The position numbers were made by a program, and so were the translations under genes. 64,000 nt of DNA from positions 160,001-224,000 of the forward strand of contig CAVPJU010000010.1 in the NCBI GenBank assembly GCA_963705505.1. Reading direction: 5' to 3'. This DNA comes from an uncultured bacterium. Lineage in GTDB: Bacteria; Desulfobacterota_D; UBA1144; Nemesobacterales; UBA2774. The notes beneath the pieces are model-generated. The model worked only from the letters and a program-made list of their open reading frames with translations. It had not been told where the DNA came from and did not search any database. This document shows positions 12,444-22,011 of this stretch, in pieces (the stretch's first letter is position 1; every line of letters starts with the position of its first letter).

Positions 12444-13268
12444 CTATTCCTTCTCTCTCCTGGCTGTCTCACGCCCCGTCTCCTCCTTGATCCTGCTTAT
12501 CATCAGGTACGCGTATCTCCTGTTCTCAAACCAGTCTGGATAGAACGAGGGGTTCTTGTCTTTCACAAGGTCGTAAAGTACGCCAAGCGCCTCGTCGTAC
12601 TTCTTCTGCCTCTTCAAATTGAGTGCGAGGTAAAGCTCCGCTGAAGTGAGATGGGGGTCCACGGAGAGAGACCTCTTAAGATAGATCTCGGAGATGTGGA
12701 GGTCGCCGCCCAGTATAGAGGGCAGGTACAGGTAAAGGGCGCCCGTCATAGCGAGTCCGTTTGCGTGGTTCGGATTGAGATCGAGAACCGTTTCGAGCTC
12801 TCTTCTCACCTCGGGGAGCATGAACAGTGAGTTGAATAGACCCTTCGTATCACCCAGCGAGGCGAGGTTAGCGACGTAGAAAAAATGGGCATCGGGGTTA
12901 TCGGGCTCTATCTCTATTGCCTTCTCCGCCGCGCTCACACCGTTCTCGAACGCCCGTATCAGGTCCTCCTTCGTGCGCGCCTTCACGTACCCGTACGTGA
13001 GCCAGACGCGGGAGAGGAATATGAGTGCGGGCACGTTACGCGGGTCGCGGCTCAGTATCTCATCCGTCAGGGCTATCGTGCCGTCAATTTTGCCCGTATT
13101 TTTATAGTAGCCGCTGAATACGTCCCACGCCTGTGCGAGCGTCGGCGTGTTATCTCTTTTTATGGAAGCGTCAACGGATGCGGTTTCGCAGTATGCATCC
13201 CTCGCGGTGAACATTTGAATGAGAAATAGAAGAGTCAGTGCGGATAGTAAAAGGGTCTTATTCGGCAT
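12444..13268 (-). CDS. Exported tetratricopeptide-repeat protein
   Basis: Signal peptide; TPR-like segments AEKAIEIEPDNPDAHFFY, VLDLNPNHANG and SLSVDPHLTSAELYLA; LPSILGGD. Confidence 0.8.
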   Translation of the reverse strand: MPNKTLLLSALTLLFLIQMFTARDAYCETASVDASIKRDNTPTLAQAWDVFSGYYKNTGKIDGTIALTDEILSRDPRNVPALIFLSRVWLTYGYVKARTKEDLIRAFENGVSAAEKAIEIEPDNPDAHFFYVANLASLGDTKGLFNSLFMLPEVRRELETVLDLNPNHANGLAMTGALYLYLPSILGGDLHISEIYLKRSLSVDPHLTSAELYLALNLKRQKKYDEALGVLYDLVKDKNPSFYPDWFENRRYAYLMISRIKEETGRETARREKE

Positions 13269-13285
13269 TATGCGGAATAAGTGTA

Positions 13286-14324
13286 TCAGAGGGACGGGTC
13301 CTTCCCAAAATCCCCTATATTTTCGATGACAGCGTGTATGAGCCCTATCGTGTGCCCTATGTCGGATTTATATGCGAGGCAGCTAGGGCTGTGGAGATAG
13401 CGGACGGGGACGGATACGGACGCAGCGCGTGTGCCCTTTCCCGTTACCTGCATGGCCGTCGCGTTCGTGCTTCCTGCTTTTTTTACAGTAACCTGATAGG
13501 GGATTTTTTTAAGCTCGGCGGTCTTCATGATAAAATCGCTGAAAGGCCTGTGCGCGACGAGGAACCTGTCCGATAACCTGACTTCGGGACCCTTCCCGGT
13601 GTTGGCGAGCGTCTTGTATTCGGGTATCCCCGGCACGTCCATCGCGACAGTTCCTTCTATTGCTATGGCAAAATCGGGCTCGATAGCCGGCACAATCACG
13701 TGCGCCCCCCTGAGTCCCACCTCCTCCTGCACGCTGGCCGTGAGATAGAGGTCGCAGGAAGGTTTAGGCTTTCTCCTGAGTGCTTCGATCATGACAAAAA
13801 GGCCGACCCTGTCGTCAATCGCCTTCGAGATTACGGCGTCCTCCGTCTCCTCGAACGGGTAAGAAAAAGACGCGACGTCCCCGACCCTTACAAGCTCGCT
13901 CACCCTGTCACCCGAAAGCCCCAGATCGACGACACAGTCCTCGACTTCCGGCGCTTCCTTGTTGGTTCGAGTTTTTGCTCACGTGGGGAGGTATTGCGGA
14001 CACCGTCCCTACGAGCGGCCTCCTGCCCCATACGGTTATCCTCTGCGCGTAAAATACCCTCGGGTCCATACCGCCTAAGGGGATAACGTGGAGGAACCCC
14101 TTGCTGTCGATATGGCTCACCATGAACCCCACTTCGTCCGTATGCGCGTCTATGACTAGCCTCGGCCCTTTCCCGCCGACGTGCGCGATTATATTCCCGA
14201 GCGCGTCCTCGGTAATGTCCTTCGTGAATTCGGAGAAGACTCCTCTTATGATTTCCTTGACAGGTCCTTCATGTCCCGGCAGTCCCGGCGCTTCGCACAG
14301 TTTCTTAAGTAAATCCAGGTCCAT
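13286..14324 (-). CDS. M42-family aminopeptidase, split by a +1 frameshift near 13965 (probable sequence error; pseudogene not excluded)
   Basis: N-half has AHTDEVG and LGGMDPRV; C-half has KAIDDRVG, SVQEEVGLRGA and RYLHSP. Removing one base restores ...SN-NKEAPEVEDCVVDLG...VRVGD. Confidence 0.88.
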
Positions 14325-14406
14325 GGGGGAGAATATTATAACCAACCCCGTGCATAAATCCAGCGAGGGTAGGGTGTTAAGAGAGTGAGTGGTGATGAAA
14401 TGTGCT

Positions 14407-15141
14407 TTACAGCCCCCATCCGCCGCTCAGGTGAATGTTAGTGCCGTTTACGTAGCGCGCCTCGTCGGATAGCAGAAACAATGCCGTGTCCACGGCGTCC
14501 TTCGTGCTCCCGATGTAGCCCGCCGGTATAGTCTTGACCATGTTTTGAAGCTCCTCTATAGGCGCGCTCCCCGATTCTATGAACCCGGGCGATATCGCGT
14601 TCACAGTTATACCGTGAGGCGCCAGGAGACGCGCGAGGGAGCGTGTCAGAATCAGCACGCCCGCCTTTGCGATGTAGTGCGCAGTTATCTCGGTCTGCGC
14701 GCTTAATTTATCCGCGTTGGCCATGCCGAAGTTGATTATCCTCCCCCAGCCGCGTGTTTTCATGCCCTCGGCGACGGTGCGGGACAGATAAAATACAGGA
14801 TGGAGGTTGTTGTCGAACATCTCGTGCCAGCCCTCGACGGATTCCTTGAGCAGGTTCACACGGTGATAGGGCCCGGCGCAGTTTATAAGCGCGTCTATCC
14901 TTCCCCATTCGGCTTCGACTTTCCGCACGAGGTCAACGGCGGACGCGGGATTCGATACGTCACACTTGTAGTGAATCCCCTTCGCCCCGAGCTTTTCTAT
15001 ATCCTTAGCCGTCTCGCCTGCTTCCTTTTTGCTCTTCCTGTAACAGACGGCGACAGACCATCCCCTCCCGGCAAGCGCAAGCGCTATCTCCCTCCCGATC
15101 CCCTTCGCCCCTCCGGTTATGAGAGCGACTCTTTCAGACAT
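14407..15141 (-). CDS. SDR-family oxidoreductase
   Basis: ITGGAKGIG, INCAG, catalytic HYIAK (YxxxK), VNAISPG and YVNG. Confidence 0.93.
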   Translation of the reverse strand: MSERVALITGGAKGIGREIALALAGRGWSVAVCYRKSKKEAGETAKDIEKLGAKGIHYKCDVSNPASAVDLVRKVEAEWGRIDALINCAGPYHRVNLLKESVEGWHEMFDNNLHPVFYLSRTVAEGMKTRGWGRIINFGMANADKLSAQTEITAHYIAKAGVLILTRSLARLLAPHGITVNAISPGFIESGSAPIEELQNMVKTIPAGYIGSTKDAVDTALFLLSDEARYVNGTNIHLSGGWGL

Positions 15142-15252
15142 CTATGTTCTCCCTTTGATTTCTCAAATAAACAAATAATAGTGCAAAGCCTCTTATTTTG
15201 CCATCCCGAAAATTCCGGTGAAACCGGCATCAGAATAAAGTAGAGTATATCC

Positions 15253-15643
15253 ATGCCCGCTATAAAATGGACGCCGGTTGCGAAAGAAAATACCGACCCC
15301 GGCAGGGACTACATCGCCCTCATAACATACCTCCCCCTGACTACCCACTGGATAATCCCCAAGTTCCTCTACCTCACGGGGCAGATTCAGAAACAGCTCG
15401 CCGAATCGGACGGGGCAATCGGCTACTGCGCTGATCGCATATATACTGAAAAAGGAGTTCTGGACGATGTCCGTATGGGAGGACGACGATTCCCTTTCAA
15501 AGTTCGTCAAGACAGGCGCGCATCTCAAGACTATGAGAGAGCTCTCGCGCTACCTCAGCGACAAGCGGAAATTCGTGAAGGTCAATATTAAAGGCTCCGA
15601 GATACCACTGCCCTGGGATAGGGCGAAGGGTTTTGTGCGGTAG
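15253..15643 (+). CDS. DUF3291-like dimeric alpha-beta barrel protein, split by a +1 frameshift near 15427
   Basis: Removing one base gives ...ESDGAIGYALIAYILKKEFWTMSVWEDDDSLSKFVKTGAHLKTM...PLPWDRAKGFVR*, with FWTxSVWE and PxWxxA; TAG at 15641-15643. Confidence 0.7.
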
Positions 15644-15825
15644 GATATTGGTTTTCGTTCTTTCACCTTTTTGCTTTTCTTATAATTCCCTCCCCATATA
15701 GAGCACCGGAGGAAATTCGCTTCAGGCTCTACATTGCAATATCACAAATCGGTTACTGTGGATTTTCGTGTCCCTTTAACAAAACCCGCTTCAGAATGGA
15801 TTTTAAAAATTTAGCTTGTCAGCTC

Positions 15826-16284
15826 TTACCGGACCGCGTACACGTCGTAAACCACCTCGCCGCGATCCAAAAATGCCTGGCCTATTCCAAGGCAAAAGAG
15901 GCGGTTGAGCCATCGGTAGTCGGGATGGGCTGTGTGACAGCGCGGATTGGTGCAAATGGACAAACTGCCGGAAGCACTCTCCCCCCTGAGAAACTTCTGA
16001 TACCCATCCTCTCCAAGATCCATCACACCCGTGTAGGTCAGATAAATCAGGGCGCCGTCGTGCGTTTCGATTGTAGTTCGCACATCGAGTATTGCCACCC
16101 CGTCGGTGCGAATGGTTAACCAGTCCGCTCCTACCGGGCGGAGCTTTCCGCGAAGCTTCGGACCGCTCACCTCCCCGCCGCCAATATAAAAGTTGGCCCG
16201 AATTCCCTCAGGAACGGGACCAATAACTTCCGGGTGGGCCGTGCTGCCGTAGGAAAAGATGTGTTCGAGGCTATAGTCTATCAT
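15826..16284 (-). CDS. DUF3237-family protein
   Basis: [40 protein letters not shown] and YRWLNR; GAGGAG upstream of the ATG at 16284. Confidence 0.85.
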   Translation of the reverse strand: MIDYSLEHIFSYGSTAHPEVIGPVPEGIRANFYIGGGEVSGPKLRGKLRPVGADWLTIRTDGVAILDVRTTIETHDGALIYLTYTGVMDLGEDGYQKFLRGESASGSLSICTNPRCHTAHPDYRWLNRLFCLGIGQAFLDRGEVVYDVYAVR

Positions 16285-16611
16285 GATTTGCTCCTCTTCT
16301 CTTAAATCCCGATTCTCGAATAACACATTAAGGTCACACTAAATAGATTCTAATGTCAACAAGAATTCTCTTTCAAATATTTGTCCTTTAGGCGAGTGCG
16401 TCCTAATGCTCTCATTCATCACATCGGTTCCTCTTTTTTTAATGGGAGAAATGAACACAATACCAAGCAAAATCGACAATACGACATTCCTGCGGGGCTA
16501 TATATACCTGCCGGAAATATCGGATGTCGTAACTTCTTCTCCCATACTCCAGAGGCGCATGAATCCTTTATCAGTTATATTAATCTACATAAAAGCAAGG
16601 GGCGTACAGTC

Positions 16612-17217
16612 ATGGATATCGCAAAGAGAATAGAAGCTCACAGAAGGCTCGTTTCGGGAATATGCTGCCCGGAGCGCAAGGTCAATCCCGATACACTCAA
16701 GAAGGTCCTGAGCCTGTCAATGGAGATCGCGAGGGAAGGGAGGGAAGGGAGGAAGATCGGCACTCTGTTCGTCATTGCCGATACGGAGGAGACCCTCAAA
16801 CAATCCCGTCCCATGATACTCGACCCGCTCTACGGACATCCGGACAGCAAAAAACGAATAGACGACCCCGGCATGCGCGAGACCGTGAAGGAGCTCGCAC
16901 AGCTGGACGGAGCGTTCATAGTCACCGAAGACGGAATAGTTCTCTCGGCCAGCCGTTACATAGACTCGACCTCGGAGGGACTCAACCTCCCGCTCGGTCT
17001 CGGGAGCAGACACATGGCCGCTGCGTCGATTACGAGGAGGACAAACGCCGTCGCCGTCGTAGTTTCCGAGAGCTCCATGGTGAGGGTATTCGATAACGGC
17101 GAGATAGTCGGCGAGATAATCCCCGAGCTCTGGATGCTGAGGGAGTACAGCACACAATTTAACGAGGCGTTATTCGAGCAGGATCCCGCAAAAGAGGAAG
17201 CAGTTACGGCAAACTAA
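16612..17217 (+). CDS. Stand-alone diadenylate cyclase (DisA_N/DAC) domain protein
   Basis: EIAREGREGRKIGTLF, KELAQLDGAF (DGA), GLGSRHMAAASIT (RHR-like) and VVVSES; likely ATG at 16612, since the upstream ORF extension is not protein-like. Confidence 0.88.
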   Translation: MDIAKRIEAHRRLVSGICCPERKVNPDTLKKVLSLSMEIAREGREGRKIGTLFVIADTEETLKQSRPMILDPLYGHPDSKKRIDDPGMRETVKELAQLDGAFIVTEDGIVLSASRYIDSTSEGLNLPLGLGSRHMAAASITRRTNAVAVVVSESSMVRVFDNGEIVGEIIPELWMLREYSTQFNEALFEQDPAKEEAVTAN

Positions 17218-17229
17218 CGACAGCCGGCA

Positions 17230-17886
17230 ATGATAATAGTCAACATAGTCGATATACACGGCAATATTAAGCCCGTAGACAAGATCGGGGACGTAATTTC
17301 TTCCGCAGACCTCATAATCATCGCGGGAGACCTCACACAGTTCGGCGGAGAGAAGGACGCGGAAGAGGTTATCGGAGCCGTAGAGAAATATAATACGAGC
17401 ATCCTCGCCGTAACGGGGAACTGCGACAAGAAAGAGGTGGACGGATATCTGGACTCCCGGAACATGAACATCCACGGACGAAGCGTAAATATAGACGGAT
17501 TATCCTTCATGGGCGCAGGCGGCTCGCTACCCTGCCCGAGCCCGACGCCTAACGTCTATACGGAGGAGGATTACGTGGAAATTTTCGAGGAATCAGTCGA
17601 AGGTTCTGACGACGGCCTTCCCGCGATACTCGTCTCACACCAGCCCCCTTATGGCACACTCAACGACAGGATCTCGAACGGCACCCACGTGGGCAGCAGG
17701 ACGGTGCGGGAATTCATAGAGCGGCATAAACCCCTGGTCTGCTTTACGGGGCATATACACGAGGCTCCGGGCATAGACACATTGGGCAGCACAAAAGTGG
17801 TCAACCCCGGCCCCCTCGGCACCCGCTCCTACGCGTATCTGGACGTTACGGACAGGATAAACGCGCTCGAGATAAGAAAGTTCTGA
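17230..17886 (+). CDS. Calcineurin-like metallophosphoesterase (Icc-related)
   Basis: DIHG, AGDLT, GNCD, SHQPP and GHIHE motifs; 12 nt after the DAC stop. Confidence 0.9.
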   Translation: MIIVNIVDIHGNIKPVDKIGDVISSADLIIIAGDLTQFGGEKDAEEVIGAVEKYNTSILAVTGNCDKKEVDGYLDSRNMNIHGRSVNIDGLSFMGAGGSLPCPSPTPNVYTEEDYVEIFEESVEGSDDGLPAILVSHQPPYGTLNDRISNGTHVGSRTVREFIERHKPLVCFTGHIHEAPGIDTLGSTKVVNPGPLGTRSYAYLDVTDRINALEIRKF

Positions 17887-17966
17887 GCAGATGGCGGAGA
17901 AAATCCGGTCTATTCCATATATATTCAATGACGAAAGTCAGTAACCTGACAAAAGTAAACCATCAC

Positions 17967-18629
17967 ATGAAGCTCATATTTCTCGTTCTCACCCTCATCT
18001 TCCTCATCTTTGCGGTACCTCCCGGCTCCCGCAGTCAGGAGCAGAAATACCACCCGCTCGAGAGCTACACGGTCAAGTATAAGATCGAGGGGAACAGCAC
18101 CGGCGAGAAGACCGAATACTCGGGAGACTGGGGGAGGACCCTCTGCTGGGTCGAGACCTCTCAGGCGAAAGTTCCGGAAGGCGGCACGATCAGGGTCAAC
18201 GAGAAGGTGATAACGAAGATCGAGGGCGGGGACCAGTGGATTATAAAGATAAACCTCGATGACAACACCGGGACGAAAATGAAAAACCCGATGTTCCCCG
18301 AAATCTTTAAACGCATTAAGGGCAAGGACCCGAAGGAGTTCACTCAGGAGTTCATGACGAACATGGGAGCGAAGCAAATCGGTGAAAAGGTCGTTAGCGG
18401 CGAGAAGTGCGAGGAATGGGAGATCGGGGAAGGTGCGAAAACATGCATTACCGACGACGTCGTGAGAGTTGAATCGTCCCTCGTTCTCGAAGGAGTATCC
18501 ATTAAAGAAACGGCTGTCGAAGTCAAAAGGAACGCTCAGGAGCCTGCGGGCATCTGCGGAACCGGAAGCGCCGTCATAACCGAAAAAGATATGAATAAAG
18601 AGACAAATGAAGAGATTAAGGTTGAGTAG
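17967..18629 (+). CDS. Secreted hypothetical protein (beta-rich, several Cys)
   Basis: Signal peptide MKLIFLVLTLIFLIFAV; GEKVVSGEKCEEW recalls DUF4412-like exported proteins. Confidence 0.7.
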   Translation: MKLIFLVLTLIFLIFAVPPGSRSQEQKYHPLESYTVKYKIEGNSTGEKTEYSGDWGRTLCWVETSQAKVPEGGTIRVNEKVITKIEGGDQWIIKINLDDNTGTKMKNPMFPEIFKRIKGKDPKEFTQEFMTNMGAKQIGEKVVSGEKCEEWEIGEGAKTCITDDVVRVESSLVLEGVSIKETAVEVKRNAQEPAGICGTGSAVITEKDMNKETNEEIKVE

Positions 18630-18714
18630 TCACACACATGGTGTGTTTCTACAATTGCTGCGTAAATCCTTTGCTTTCACCAACCAATGAAGCCTGGCCA
18701 ACCCGTTCACCCTG
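18626..18714. repeat. Intergenic repeat copy A: GTAG...CTAC palindrome plus conserved tail
   Basis: GTAGTCACACACATGGTGTGTTTCTAC hairpin, then sequence alignable by eye to 21213-21297 through CCAACCCGTTCnnCCTG. Confidence 0.65.
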
Positions 18715-18894
18715 TTTGTCCGGCGTAGCTTTTTAGGCGGAGCTACGAGGAAGCGAAGACGGAAGCGTCGCTCGTCCGGCAAACGCCCGAGCAATTCGGA
18801 TATTCCGACAGCTCCGCAATGCATATGCCCCGGAGAAGTGTCGGAATGTCGGAAGCTATCTTTGATTCCCCCATAAATTAAAGGGAGAGGCAAA

Positions 18895-19509
18895 CTAACC
18901 CTTCTTCTTTATCCCTTCCACTTCGAGGGTTATCTTCACATCGTCCCCCACGACCAAACCGCCGGAGTCGAGCGTCTTATTCCACGTGATCCCGTAATCC
19001 TTCCGGTTTATGGTCGTCTCGGCTGTGAACGCCGTGCGCTCGTTCCCCATCGGGTCTACAGCCTTGCCGCCGTATTCCGCGTCGAGCTCGACCTGTTTAG
19101 TCACGCCGTTTATCGTGAGGTCTCCCACGATCGTAAAGTCGTTCCCGTGCTCTTCCTTGATATCCTTGCTCTTGAAAGTTATGGCGGGGTATTTTTCCAC
19201 GTTGAGGAAGTCGGGCGACCTCAGATGGTCGTCCCTCTTCTGCTTATTCGTATTAACGCTCGATGTCGTGATGGAGACGTCCACACTCGATTTGCCGATG
19301 TCCTTCTCATCGAAGTCATATGTCCCTTCCAGGAGATCGAACCTGCCCGTAACCGTGCTTATCCCCATGTGCTTCACATTAAAAATAACCTGCGAATGGT
19401 CGGGGTCTATCATGTATTCAGCCGCCTCCGCGCGCAATCCTCTCACGTCCGAGAGAGCGAGGAAAATTAATGCAACCAGCACAGCCACAAAACCTTTTGC
19501 GATTCTCAT
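18895..19509 (-). CDS. YceI-family periplasmic polyisoprenoid-binding protein
   Basis: IDPDHSQVIFNVKHMG, RDDHLRSPDFL, GDLTINGVTK and INRKDYGITWN; signal peptide; AGGAGGT RBS. Confidence 0.95.
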   Translation of the reverse strand: MRIAKGFVAVLVALIFLALSDVRGLRAEAAEYMIDPDHSQVIFNVKHMGISTVTGRFDLLEGTYDFDEKDIGKSSVDVSITTSSVNTNKQKRDDHLRSPDFLNVEKYPAITFKSKDIKEEHGNDFTIVGDLTINGVTKQVELDAEYGGKAVDPMGNERTAFTAETTINRKDYGITWNKTLDSGGLVVGDDVKITLEVEGIKKKG

Positions 19510-19691
19510 ATGCACTACCTCCTGTTCATGATCGAAATGTTCCGGTTGTACATTTAGATGGCTTTTAAGCGCGTACGATTCAAAAAAATACCACACGGTC
19601 TCCGTGTTTCCACAAATTTTTCCGACTGGACGTGTGTACAGAAAGACGCCGAGGCTCTTCCGGGTGCGGCGGGTGACAACGTTTTATTGCT

Positions 19692-20537
19692 TCAACGGGC
19701 AGGTCGGGCTTTAATCCCTTTTTTCCTTGTTAAGGCCGTCGCCCCGATACCGAGAAGTCCCAGCGCTCCCGCCACCGCTATCATCCCCCACTCGCTCAGC
19801 GTCGGTATCGGTCTTATGACAGGGACCTCTCGCCCCGCGAGCTGAAACGCCAGGTCGGGGAAATCAGCGCCGCAATCGGCCTGTGCGGGGGAAAATTTCA
19901 CGCATCCCGTGCCGAAGCCGTCGCCGGGGTTCTCCCAGACGAACGGGTTCAGCGTCTCCACCGTATTTTCATGCCAGAACCACTGACCGTTCTGAATGAA
20001 GCCTATGTTCGCCTGGACCGAGACCCAGTATAAGCCGGGCTCGAGTTTGCACGGGAACGGGAGATCGATCACGAAGTCGGGCACCGTGATATCTTCAGGC
20101 AGTATGTCCTGATAAACGCACCGAGCGATTTCATTACCCGGCAGGCCGTCCTTATCCGCGAAAAAGTATATATTTAACGAGTCGATAAGGTCGGGCGTAG
20201 TGTCGTCGAACGCGCCGAACGCCCTTATGTTGTCTATGACCCAGAAGAAACCCTCGGGCACGCGGAAATCGTCAGCCGCACGCGTATCGAAATGGTCGAA
20301 GGATCCTCCACCGTCCCTAAAATCCTGTGATGAAATATCGGCCGAGGATATGCCGGCCGTCTGGTCCCACAAAACATCAGGCGGCACGGATACCGCCGGC
20401 GGCGTGTCGATGTCCTCCATTAAAGGACTTACAGCGAGCGACCGGGTCGGCAGAAAAACCATAGCCTGAAATAACGAGCAGATTATAAGGAGCAGTAGAT
20501 ACAGGTATTCTCTTATTACTTGATTTTTACGGTACAT
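19692..20537 (-). CDS. IPTL-CTERM sorting-domain surface protein
   Basis: Signal peptide; C-terminal IPTLSEWGMIAVAGALGLLGIG, then basic tail RKK. Confidence 0.9.
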   Translation of the reverse strand: MYRKNQVIREYLYLLLLIICSLFQAMVFLPTRSLAVSPLMEDIDTPPAVSVPPDVLWDQTAGISSADISSQDFRDGGGSFDHFDTRAADDFRVPEGFFWVIDNIRAFGAFDDTTPDLIDSLNIYFFADKDGLPGNEIARCVYQDILPEDITVPDFVIDLPFPCKLEPGLYWVSVQANIGFIQNGQWFWHENTVETLNPFVWENPGDGFGTGCVKFSPAQADCGADFPDLAFQLAGREVPVIRPIPTLSEWGMIAVAGALGLLGIGATALTRKKGIKARPAR

Positions 20538-20727
20538 TCTCTCATCCTCCTAAGGAAACCGGCTTTTGCGGCGGGTAAGAAATAATCAATTATAAACTTA
20601 ATTTTAACAGAAAGACAATCGCTTCATGTAATTCGATACTTATGAATTCATAGTATAGAAATTGCCGGTTTGAATATATATTTTATGTTCGTCTGATTAT
20701 CACGAATTATCGAAACCGGAGATTCCA

Positions 20728-21216
20728 ATGCCTGAAATCAATATCCGCGAAGCAAAGACCGGAGACGCAGTGCGTATGGCGGAGATACTGAAGGAGATAG
20801 GATGGTCCGAGCGAAGGAACGCGCTCCCGCTCGAAGAGGTAGCAGGGCCCATCGAAAAACTGATCGAGCACTGCAATCATGACCGCGAGGGCCACTCGTT
20901 GATCGTTGCGGTCGATGAAGGCGGCACAGTACTCGGCTTCTTGTGCGTCCACTGGGTGCCTTTCATAATGCTGGGGAGTCTGGAGGGATACGTCTCGGAC
21001 GTATTCGTCAGCCCTTCGGCCGGAGGAATGGGCGTGGGGAAAGCGCTCGTCGAGCGCGTCATGGAAGAGGGTAAGCACAGGGGCTGCATGAGGCTCATGC
21101 TCACGAACGGAAAGGAGAAGCTCTCTTACAAGACCGGCTTCTACAAGAAGCTCGGATGGACGGAGAGACCCTCAGTCGCAAACTTCGTTTACTATTACAC
21201 CGAGCCCTGGTCATAG
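20728..21216 (+). CDS. GNAT-family N-acetyltransferase
   Basis: YVSDVFVSPSAGGMGVGKALV and FYKKLGW. Confidence 0.9.
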   Translation: MPEINIREAKTGDAVRMAEILKEIGWSERRNALPLEEVAGPIEKLIEHCNHDREGHSLIVAVDEGGTVLGFLCVHWVPFIMLGSLEGYVSDVFVSPSAGGMGVGKALVERVMEEGKHRGCMRLMLTNGKEKLSYKTGFYKKLGWTERPSVANFVYYYTEPWS

Positions 21217-21314
21217 GCACACACACATAGTGTGTTTCTATGATTCTTCCGAACATCTTCTGCCTAACCGGCAACGAAGACCAACCCGTTCGTCCTGAGC
21301 ATGTCGAAGGACGG
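21213..21314. repeat. Intergenic repeat copy B, ending in a REP-like palindrome
   Basis: ATAGGCACACACACATAGTGTGTTTCTAT...CCAACCCGTTCGTCCTGAGCATGTCGAAGGACGG; diverged copy of 18626-18714. Confidence 0.65.
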
Positions 21315-21333
21315 ATGATCGGAACCCTCAAAC

Positions 21334-21370
21334 AAAAAAGCCTCTTCCCCCGCTCGTGAGGAAGAGGCTT
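21334..21370 (-). terminator. Rho-independent terminator for the tandem IPTL-CTERM genes
   Basis: Perfect 11-bp stem AAGCCTCTTCC/GGAAGAGGCTT with an A-tract on the left, read as a U-tract on the minus strand. Confidence 0.75.
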
Positions 21371-21459
21371 CCAAATCTTTAGTCACCCTGAACCATGGTC
21401 CCGGAGAACGATCCGGGATCTATTCGGGGTCTCGTCTTTTATATCCCAAATTATCCCTT

Positions 21460-21999
21460 CTATACCGCCAGCGCTTTTCTTCTCTTAACCGCGAAGAACA
21501 CACCGACCAGCGCCAATCCTCCTGCCGCCGCGATCATCCCCCACTCGGAAAGGGTCGGTACATTCGTTACGTTTCCTCTCACGTTCGTAAACGTGCACGT
21601 TATCTCGGTCCCTCCGAGACAGTCGAGGCTGACACCGTTATCGATGAACGTGACGTTGACAAGCGCCGAATCGCTGCACTCGACGTTATCGAGCACCCAG
21701 CCCGGCTTAGATTCCTCGACGATTTCCAAATCAGACCCGCTGAAAGCTTTGCCGAAGCACTCGGAGTTAGGGGTCAAATTGAACAGAGTGGCTATGTCCC
21801 CTTGTGTCGCGGAGAAGTTAAAGATAACCGGATCGCCATCGGATAGAGGCTCCTGAAGCTCGGGCGCGCTCTTACATATAAGTACCGCGCACTGCGCCCG
21901 GGCACTGTCGTTAAGCGAGGGTATCAAAAGCAAGCCAGAGATAAAAAGAATAAAAACGCAAACAGGCATAGTGTTTCGTAGAACGGTATTCACGGACAT
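21460..21999 (-). CDS. IPTL-CTERM surface protein with a single prealbumin/CnaB-like domain
   Basis: Signal peptide; ICK...LEIVEESKPGWVL...CTFTNV; VPTLSEWGMIAAAGGLALVGVFFAVKRRK; AAGGAGG RBS. Confidence 0.88.
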   Translation of the reverse strand: MSVNTVLRNTMPVCVFILFISGLLLIPSLNDSARAQCAVLICKSAPELQEPLSDGDPVIFNFSATQGDIATLFNLTPNSECFGKAFSGSDLEIVEESKPGWVLDNVECSDSALVNVTFIDNGVSLDCLGGTEITCTFTNVRGNVTNVPTLSEWGMIAAAGGLALVGVFFAVKRRKALAV

Positions 22000-22011
22000 T
22001 CCTCCTTGGCT

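Noticed and set aside
16381..16611. 77-aa N-terminal extension of the DAC ORF
   Set aside because: AT-rich, not protein-like, TTG start with no RBS; the ATG at 16612 is the more plausible start.
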